From the IMG/VR virus record IMGVR_UViG_3300027234_000013, positions 1-29,756 of that record: a stretch of DNA of 29,756 nucleotides; one strand, 5' to 3'. The notes below the pieces were generated by a model that saw nothing but the letters and a program-made list of their open reading frames with translations, did not search any database and had not been told where the DNA came from. Position 1 is the first letter of the stretch, and each line of letters begins with the position of its first letter. The position numbers and the translations under genes are program-made. Below are positions 1 through 5,536 of this stretch, one piece after another. This DNA is from a virus (Duplodnaviria > Caudoviricetes).

Positions 1-2120
1 CCTTTCTGAGGAGATAAGTCGAGAGCGTCTAGTTGTGTTAGGATATCTTCTAGCGGCTCTGCTTGGTATAACTCAACAAACTTCTGCCTAACGTGCAAAA
101 ACATGTGATTCATATTACCAGCATGACAACCAAAAGAGTCATGGACAACGGTTGTAGTGTAGTCCGCATCGTGGATACACATTGTTAGGTGAACAGCGTC
201 TAGACTGTGCACAATGTTCGGTGCAGCACCTGTCTTCTGTTTACTTTCATTAAGAGTAGTTTCTTCCCAAACCTGCAGTTGAACTTTAAGAAGCTCTTCA
301 CCGTATTTTAACTCGGTTCTCTTAGTCGTTGGTTTTCGGTAAGCCTGAAACACAGGGAAGTTAGTCACAGGTGAAACCCAAGTCAAGTATACTTTCTTTT
401 CGTTAGCTCTTTCAGCAAGAGTTTGGAACAGTCTTAGCATACGTGCAGGGCCCTTCAGCTCCTGATAGCAAGTTTGATACACGAGGGATCCCAGGAGGGC
501 ACCCCAGAGATGCTCTTTGTCCCTTAGATAAGGGGAGATATCCCTTGTGTCCTCTATCACCTGTTGGCCCATACCGTAGGCCGTGCCACCATAACCTAGT
601 GTCATGACGTTACGCTTTACAGTCTTACGCTGGATTTTCTTGTCCTGAATGTTTGTCCAGTAAACAGGAAAGAGTTTCTCTCGCAAGCCTCTGTTTTGAT
701 TACGCCAAGTCTGAGCTGCTTGAAACGCTAGAGCCTTTCTTTCAGACTTGTCTGGTGCTTCTTGATACTCCTTTTGAAGCTTTGTTGCTGTTTGAAACAC
801 ATCATTAAACTTGTTAATAGTTTCTGGTTCTAACTTGCTCTTTTTGTTTTCAAGGCTTTCCCAAGTCTTCTCTGCGATAAACATGTAAACATCGCCAGGA
901 AGGTCTTGAGGAACCAAGTTAACTAGAGGGGCGACTTCATCATCTTGAGACATAGCCACAAGGTGTTGAACACCGTTATTAGACCCATCGATATAGACTG
1001 GTAAACAACTTGGGAAGTCTTCTGGTTCGTTACCATCCCCATTCCAGTTAGAAACCATACTATGCTCATGACAAGCAGACAAGAAGCTAAACGGTTTGTC
1101 AGCTTTCATCCAACCAGTATTTTTCATAGGATTGTTAACATAAGACATCATGTCGTCAAAGTTATCTAGAACCCACTGAGCACGGTCATCAAGACTAACC
1201 TTGTCATTACCCCAAACGTTAGCAGTGTGAACACACAACCAGTAGTAACCGTTTTCCCCAAGAGGCACTGCCTCGTCTAGCATTAGGATACCCTTTGCAT
1301 TGTCACTAGACTGCTCGTGTAGGAAGGCTGTGTTAGGGTAGATACGACCACGGAAGTCGAGGTTATACAAGTGATAGAATGGCTTGTCTAGGTTCTTCTC
1401 TGCAAGCCTCTGGATAGCCTCTGCTTCGATGATTAACGAAGCCCGTTTAATTGGATCAATCTCTTTTGTGAACTTAAAAGGGTTTGACTCAGAGTGCATA
1501 CACTGCTTGTAAACCTCAAAGACAGGTTGGTTGATACGCCAAGCTGTATTGTTTAGCTTATTTAGAGTATCAACAATATAGCTCATGTCATTCTTCTCAA
1601 AGTACTTCAGAGCATCTTCATAGCCTTTCTTAATGACACTGATACCTGTTGTAGAGTGATAGGCAGAACCATCCCAAGGCGCTGCGGGTGTGTTTACAGG
1701 GAACATGTCACACTTCTCAGTGTCTACAAGATCCAGTAACTCTTTAATTGCTACCCAGTCTTTTGCGTAGATGAAGTAAGTTCTGTGTTTATCTTTTTTA
1801 CCATTACGATACGTGTGTTTCTTACGATAGCCCAGTATCCCAAGCTCAATATAACTAATTAGAACAAACCAGCCACCTTGAATGTCTAGCACACTGTTTT
1901 GTTTCTGACGTAGTTTCTGTCTTAACCTTCTACCAATACTACTAGCTACTTCCACTAGGCTGGAGTTTCTTTCTAAACCCTTTAAAATGTGAGTGTAAGA
2001 GAACTCTACAATATCTCTCGCCCCCATTTCAGTTAAGAAGCTAGCCGCTTGTCTTTTGTCTAACATTCCTTGTCTGTATTCAAGATCTTTCGTTAACTTG
2101 TCTAGAGTATTTTCGATCAT
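1..2120 (-). CDS. T7-family single-subunit DNA-directed RNA polymerase (stand-alone; C-terminus runs off window; absent from supplied ORF track)
   Basis: Manual translation from ATG 2120 (SD AAGGA) is open to the window edge, about 706 codons. Motifs: LDFRGRIYP (~1350), motif A YIDGSNNGVQHL (~980), motif B RKTVKRNVMTLGYG (~610), APNIVHSLDA (~210), motif C VVHDSFG (~140). Confidence 0.96.
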   Translation of the reverse strand, partial: MIENTLDKLTKDLEYRQGMLDKRQAASFLTEMGARDIVEFSYTHILKGLERNSSLVEVASSIGRRLRQKLRQKQNSVLDIQGGWFVLISYIELGILGYRKKHTYRNGKKDKHRTYFIYAKDWVAIKELLDLVDTEKCDMFPVNTPAAPWDGSAYHSTTGISVIKKGYEDALKYFEKNDMSYIVDTLNKLNNTAWRINQPVFEVYKQCMHSESNPFKFTKEIDPIKRASLIIEAEAIQRLAEKNLDKPFYHLYNLDFRGRIYPNTAFLHEQSSDNAKGILMLDEAVPLGENGYYWLCVHTANVWGNDKVSLDDRAQWVLDNFDDMMSYVNNPMKNTGWMKADKPFSFLSACHEHSMVSNWNGDGNEPEDFPSCLPVYIDGSNNGVQHLVAMSQDDEVAPLVNLVPQDLPGDVYMFIAEKTWESLENKKSKLEPETINKFNDVFQTATKLQKEYQEAPDKSERKALAFQAAQTWRNQNRGLREKLFPVYWTNIQDKKIQRKTVKRNVMTLGYGGTAYGMGQQVIEDTRDISPYLRDKEHLWGALLGSLVYQTCYQELKGPARMLRLFQTLAERANEKKVYLTWVSPVTNFPVFQAYRKPTTKRTELKYGEELLKVQLQVWEETTLNESKQKTGAAPNIVHSLDAVHLTMCIHDADYTTTVVHDSFGCHAGNMNHMFLHVRQKFVELYQAEPLEDILTQLDALDLSPQK

Positions 2121-2178
2121 TCACTATTCCTTACGTAGACATTGTACTCTTGTACTCTACTTTTCTGGGACATAATAG

Positions 2179-2250
2179 TTATTCGTCGTCGCCCTTATTA
2201 TAAGCTTTCACAAGCACATACAATAGGAATACGCCAATAACTTCTACCAA
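2179..2250 (-). CDS. Possible 23-aa hydrophobic microprotein (MVEVIGVFLLYVLVKAYNKGDDE)
   Basis: TTG start 7 nt after GAGGT SD; hydrophobic N-terminal half; very short. Confidence 0.35.
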   Translation of the reverse strand: MVEVIGVFLLYVLVKAYNKGDDE

Positions 2251-2292
2251 TATACTTACCTCTTTATAGATTTGAAAAAAAAAGCTTAGTTT

Positions 2293-2324
2293 AAAACCCC
2301 CCACTCCCCGAAGGGAGTGAGAGG
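2293..2324 (-). terminator. Rho-independent terminator
   Basis: Minus strand CCTCTCACTCCC-TTCG-GGGAGTGGGGGG-TTTT, just after the HTH gene stop. Confidence 0.8.
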
Positions 2325-2332
2325 CGTTTGTC

Positions 2333-2566
2333 TTAACCGTTCAATCGTGGGTTGTTAGTGTCTAGTGTTTTAACCCAGTTACGAACAGAGTCCCTACAGC
2401 AACCAAGGTCATAGGCAACCTTAGCAATGCTCTCGCCGTTAATTACACGAGAAGCAGCAACAACACGTTCAGCGTTACTCCGACCCTTATAGGGTTGCCC
2501 CTTTTTAAGAGTGTAACGAGAGTTGCTATACAGGGATGAGATGGAAGGGAAGTTACGAGTAGCCAT
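2333..2566 (-). CDS. Small helix-turn-helix DNA-binding protein, 77 aa
   Basis: SD TAAGGAG; GESIAKVAYDLGCCRDSVRNWVK fits a classic HTH pattern. Confidence 0.75.
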   Translation of the reverse strand: MATRNFPSISSLYSNSRYTLKKGQPYKGRSNAERVVAASRVINGESIAKVAYDLGCCRDSVRNWVKTLDTNNPRLNG

Positions 2567-2608
2567 AAGAGATCTCCTTATTTATTGGCATTACAGACCC
2601 TGTGGTCT

Positions 2609-2641
2609 AAAAGACCCTCCAACTTTTTAGGGCTGGAGGGC
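2609..2641 (-). terminator. Probable rho-independent terminator
   Basis: Minus strand CCCTCCAGC-CCTAAAAA-GTTGGAGGG-TCTTTT. Confidence 0.55.
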
Positions 2642-2709
2642 TAGTTAAACAACAGGGAGGATTCCAATGAAATCCACGGAATCCACTCATCGAATGGATT
2701 CACTGGATC

Positions 2710-2883
2710 TCACTGCTCCTGAAGTGTGGCTTCTTCGTCCACCTCTTCGTGATCACTCAAATGACTTACGTCAATGTAAGTGTGAGACCACTTTTCATCA
2801 ATTGCTTTAACAAGGTTGCTAAAGCTAATTGACTGCAAATGTTCCTTCTGCTCTTCTTCTGTGAGTTTCTGTTTAACGGCCAT
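2710..2883 (-). CDS. Hypothetical acidic protein, 57 aa (MAVKQKLTEEEQKEHL...EEATLQEQ)
   Basis: Manual translation; GGAG SD; start overlaps the end of the upstream small ORF. Confidence 0.6.
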   Translation of the reverse strand: MAVKQKLTEEEQKEHLQSISFSNLVKAIDEKWSHTYIDVSHLSDHEEVDEEATLQEQ

Positions 2884-3037
2884 TAACGGTCTCCACTTTA
2901 ATGTTGCCTACGTTTTGTAGAAACTGACTGCGAACAGTTTTAGCATAACGGTCTGCGTCAGACTTAGCTAAGAAAGACTTGTGGCAAATCAATTGCAGGT
3001 CAAGGTCGTAGATGCCTACTTTGTAAACAGTGTTCAT
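2873..3037 (-). CDS. Hypothetical protein, 54 aa (MNTVYKVGIYDLDLQLICHKSF...)
   Basis: Manual translation; SD AAAGGAG; ATGA overlap with the upstream stop. Confidence 0.7.
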   Translation of the reverse strand: MNTVYKVGIYDLDLQLICHKSFLAKSDADRYAKTVRSQFLQNVGNIKVETVNGR

Positions 3038-3135
3038 TTGTCTTCTCCTTTAAGAAGGTATGGGGTAACGGCGTAGTCCGCAATAGCGGCTAGGAAAGGT
3101 GCAGCAAGAGCTGATAGTACAAGTACGTGTTCCAT
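3034..3135 (-). CDS. Hydrophobic microprotein, 33 aa (MEHVLVLSALAAPFLAAIADYAVTPYLLKGEDK)
   Basis: SD AAAGGA within a 20-bp RBS/start repeat shared with the neighbouring ORF; coupled to the next gene. Confidence 0.6.
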   Translation of the reverse strand: MEHVLVLSALAAPFLAAIADYAVTPYLLKGEDK

Positions 3136-3241
3136 AGTGTTTTCCTTTCAGGAATTTTTAGACCACATGATAAGTGCAGAGACAAGTGCGATAGACGAAA
3201 AGATTAGGTTTGCGAAATGAAGTTCCATAGTGTTTTCCTTT
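3129..3241 (-). repeat. 20-bp direct repeat AAAGGAAAACACTATGGAAC (RBS + start codon), copies at 3129-3148 and 3222-3241
   Basis: Exact match read from the sequence. Confidence 0.85.
3148..3228 (-). CDS. Hydrophobic microprotein, 26 aa (MELHFANLIFSSIALVSALIMWSKNS)
   Basis: SD AAAGGA; first ORF after promoter copy 3; single TM-like segment. Confidence 0.6.
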   Translation of the reverse strand: MELHFANLIFSSIALVSALIMWSKNS

Positions 3242-3242
3242 A

Positions 3243-3299
3243 TGGGTTGTTGTGTTGATATATGTTATATCATTATAGATGCGCTAGCTTTCTCGGTTT
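3243..3299 (-). promoter_or_regulatory. Class-I putative phage promoter, copy 3 (GAGAAA-N7-GCATCTATAATGATA + inverted repeat + CAACCCA)
   Basis: 15-bp core (3268-3282) identical to copies at 4632-4646 and 5093-5107; lies upstream of an SD and a gene cluster. Confidence 0.7.
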
Positions 3300-3685
3300 T
3301 TATAGAACAAATGTGTTCCAACTTTACTTACATACTCTAAATCATCTGCCCAGTAAGGCCAGACATAGTCTGCATGGTAGTGAGTAGTGTCTGTTCCAGG
3401 CAAGTATGTCTCAGGCTCAGACAAGATAATAGCGGCTGTCTTGTAGATCTCCTCCCATGCTTGTTTGTCTAGGTAACTCATTTTTGTAGGGTCATCAGTC
3501 AGCCCATCGTGTGTCCAGCTGAACTGTTGATTTTGGTAAACCACGTCACAAATTGTATCGGGGTAGCTGCTAGAAGCAACTCGATTAAGAGTCACCTCCG
3601 CTACCATTTGCTGTCCAGCTATAGGCTCATTGCGAGCTTCAAAAAACATATTAAGTGCCAGACACATTGTTGCTGTCATAATCAT
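3284..3685 (-). CDS. SleB-like cell wall hydrolase (Hydrolase_2 family)
   Basis: CLALNMFFEARNE...VAEVTLNRV...YPDTICDVVYQNQQFSW...HYHADYVWPYW...VGTHLFY signature. Confidence 0.9.
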   Translation of the reverse strand: MIMTATMCLALNMFFEARNEPIAGQQMVAEVTLNRVASSSYPDTICDVVYQNQQFSWTHDGLTDDPTKMSYLDKQAWEEIYKTAAIILSEPETYLPGTDTTHYHADYVWPYWADDLEYVSKVGTHLFYKNRES

Positions 3686-4152
3686 TAGATACTCTCCAGT
3701 ATTTGTTTAAGTGTGTTGTTGTTGTTTTGTTCGATTTTCTCGTTACGACGGGTTACTGCTTCTAACTTTTTCTTTTGTTTCGCCAACTCTTCATTTTTGG
3801 CTTTAATCTTTTCCTCGTTAGCTTTTGTAAACTTTTTATAGAGGCTAGATACAGCTAAGCTCACTTCAGGCAAAAACATACCCACCCAAATCAAAGAGTT
3901 GAAGTCTTCGTCAAAGCCTTGGCTAACGTCTATTGCTACGAAATAGAAAAAGCTAAGAATAGCAATATAGCCAATAAACACTTTAGATCGAGTGTCCTTA
4001 ATCTGAAGTTTTACGTTACTCTTTTTCTTTTTGTCCTTTACTAAACTTCTAAGCAGGTAAATTACCATACAAATGATAACGACTCGTAGCAGTGCACCTA
4101 GCACTATATTTCCGATAAGTAGGTAAGAATATTCTTGTAGTGTGATCATCAC
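3685..4152 (-). CDS. Hypothetical membrane protein (about 3 TM segments, C-terminal coiled coil)
   Basis: 155-aa ORF with hydrophobic segments and a K/E-rich tail; TAATG coupling to the hydrolase; start uncertain, no clear SD. Confidence 0.7.
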   Translation of the reverse strand: MMITLQEYSYLLIGNIVLGALLRVVIICMVIYLLRSLVKDKKKKSNVKLQIKDTRSKVFIGYIAILSFFYFVAIDVSQGFDEDFNSLIWVGMFLPEVSLAVSSLYKKFTKANEEKIKAKNEELAKQKKKLEAVTRRNEKIEQNNNNTLKQILESI

Positions 4153-4210
4153 AAAGCCCGTTCAATTGTTGTGGGGATGCCATTTCTGACACCCCCTGTT
4201 ACGTTTATAT

Positions 4211-4585
4211 TTACCAGACTGCTCTGGTTACGCAAGATACATAGTATCCTACCATACCTGCGAGAGGTCCAAGGAATGCGGTTGACATTGCAGTCATAGG
4301 TATTGTAGTACCAGATAGGAAAGGTTGAGACAGCGCTGCAGTCATGCCTAGCTTACTACCTGCTGCTATACCAGGCCCTACCAGAGTCACACCAGCTGCA
4401 CCTGTGACTCCTGCTGCGATTCCCGCAGTAATTCCGACTGCAGCGCCAATAGCGATATCTGTATTGCTACAGATAGACTCTCGTGCCACGTCTGGTACTA
4501 TTGTATACCGCTTTTCCGTATCCCAGGCCATTGCAGACGTTGAGATTGTAGAGACGAGCATTGCTGTGATTAGTACGTTTTTCAT
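4211..4585 (-). CDS. Hypothetical exported/membrane protein with Gly/Ala-rich (glycine-zipper-like) segment, 124 aa
   Basis: Start re-set to ATG 4585 behind SD GAGGA; signal peptide-like MKNVLITAMLVSTISTSAMA; GxxxG repeats. Confidence 0.75.
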   Translation of the reverse strand: MKNVLITAMLVSTISTSAMAWDTEKRYTIVPDVARESICSNTDIAIGAAVGITAGIAAGVTGAAGVTLVGPGIAAGSKLGMTAALSQPFLSGTTIPMTAMSTAFLGPLAGMVGYYVSCVTRAVW

Positions 4586-4666
4586 TTTGGTTTCCTCTTG
4601 GATTTCCACTTGGGTTGATGATAAATGATTTTATCATTATAGATGCCTTGTTTTTCTCACTTTTTT
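4583..4666 (-). promoter_or_regulatory. 84-bp promoter-RBS-ATG cassette, copy 2 (class-I promoter)
   Basis: Identical to 5044-5127; contains GCATCTATAATGATA, an 8-bp inverted repeat, GAGGA SD and ATG. Confidence 0.85.
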
Positions 4667-4679
4667 TGTGAGGGGGTTT

Positions 4680-4844
4680 TCACCCCTCTGCCTCCCATTC
4701 ACATTGGGAGTCAACCACTTCCTTTTCAGGTAGCGGTGGTTCCCAGCATACCTCTCCGGTATCTAGGTCAACGCCACACCATTCGTGTGACGACCGTGTT
4801 CCATCTGACCAATGAAACACTATGTGGGTTGAGTAAATTCCCAT
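4680..4844 (-). CDS. Hypothetical acidic protein, 54 aa (MGIYSTHIVFHWSDGTRSSHEWCGVDLDTGEVCWE...)
   Basis: Manual translation; very strong SD GAGGAGGT; fills the gap between neighbours. Confidence 0.7.
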   Translation of the reverse strand: MGIYSTHIVFHWSDGTRSSHEWCGVDLDTGEVCWEPPLPEKEVVDSQCEWEAEG

Positions 4845-4866
4845 TTGCACCTCCTCTTAGTTGCGC

Positions 4867-5046
4867 TCAGTTATTGTTATAATTTGTATCAGTCTTTTTT
4901 TGGTCTAGCTTGTACTTGATAAAAGCCCAAACAAAATCTACTGTCATAACAGTAACAAAAAGCAAAGAGATAACGAATATTGGGAAGAGTCCTAGCGGTG
5001 TAGTTGTGCCAGTAATTTCTGCGTAGGTCATAGTAGTATTTTCCAT
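4867..5046 (-). CDS. Hypothetical single-TM membrane protein, 59 aa
   Basis: Start re-set to ATG 5046 behind SD GAGGA; LGLFPIFVISLLFVTVMTV hydrophobic segment. Confidence 0.7.
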   Translation of the reverse strand: MENTTMTYAEITGTTTPLGLFPIFVISLLFVTVMTVDFVWAFIKYKLDQKKTDTNYNNN

Positions 5047-5127
5047 TTTGGTTTCCTCTTGGATTTCCACTTGGGTTGATGATAAATGATTTTATCATTA
5101 TAGATGCCTTGTTTTTCTCACTTTTTT
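5044..5127 (-). promoter_or_regulatory. 84-bp promoter-RBS-ATG cassette, copy 1 (class-I promoter)
   Basis: Identical to 4583-4666 (offset 461 bp); directly downstream of the structural operon terminator. Confidence 0.85.
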
Positions 5128-5165
5128 ATGGCTACAAAGCCCGTTCAATTGTTGACGAATCTGAT

Positions 5166-5191
5166 AAAAAAGGCCACCCCGAAGGGTGACC
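5166..5191 (-). terminator. Strong rho-independent terminator ending the structural operon
   Basis: Minus strand GGTCACCC-TTCG-GGGTGGCC-TTTTTT. Confidence 0.9.
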
Positions 5192-5197
5192 AGTTGT

Positions 5198-5503
5198 TTA
5201 TTTTTTCTTAGCCCACGATTTTCTGTTTTTATTATTTTCAGAGCTTGTGGTTGTCCGTAAGTTTTTAGGTTTGTTGTTAGACCTGTTTCGATCCTTGTGA
5301 TCAACGAAACCATTGGCCTTTTTACCAGTAGACATCTCTTGAATAATACGGTGTGCATACACCGCCTTACCATCAATGCGAACTGTTTTGTAGCCGTCGC
5401 CGTGGTTAGTCCCAGCAGGAGACCCCGCAGCACTTCTGCCACGGGATTCCTTCCAGTATAACTGACCGCCTTTTAGCTTAAAAAGCTTTTCCCATTTTTT
5501 CAT
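5198..5503 (-). CDS. HNH endonuclease (HNH_3-like), 101 aa
   Basis: GYKTVRIDGKAVYAHRII...VDHKDRNRSNNKPKNLR...EN motif; SD GGAG. Confidence 0.88.
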   Translation of the reverse strand: MKKWEKLFKLKGGQLYWKESRGRSAAGSPAGTNHGDGYKTVRIDGKAVYAHRIIQEMSTGKKANGFVDHKDRNRSNNKPKNLRTTTSSENNKNRKSWAKKK

Positions 5504-5536
5504 TATAGGAACTCCAATCTTACTTAACTGTTAAAG

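Larger units (their letters stand above)
4151..5154 (-). repeat. 21-bp direct repeat CAACAATTGAACGGGCTTTGT, copies at 4151-4171 and 5134-5154
   Basis: Exact match; each copy follows a GC-rich stem-loop on the minus strand. Confidence 0.85.

Noticed and set aside
2117-2173. 18-aa ORF overlapping the RNAP start (ATGA)
   Set aside because: Very short, with no convincing SD.
2255-2280. Degenerate class-I promoter (AATCTATAAAGAGG) upstream of the stand-alone RNAP
   Set aside because: Only 8 bp (ATCTATAA) match in an AT-rich context, with no GAGAAA or inverted repeat; too weak to call.
3268-5107. Class-I motif as an ordinary sigma70 promoter because it contains TATAAT
   Set aside because: No TTGACA-like -35 at 17-bp spacing (AAAAGT or AAAACC there), and conservation extends well beyond the hexamer. 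Disfavoured but not excluded.
4583-5127. Repeats considered as a CRISPR array or att sites
   Set aside because: Only two copies, 84 bp long, separated by genes and containing SD+ATG; no cas or integrase gene in the window.
4889-5442. 69-aa (4889-5098) and 114-aa (5098-5442) minus-strand ORFs
   Set aside because: They overlap better-supported genes, and the longer one crosses a terminator and promoter. The 69-aa ORF starts at the ATG inside the promoter core with no SD; a leaderless start cannot be fully excluded.
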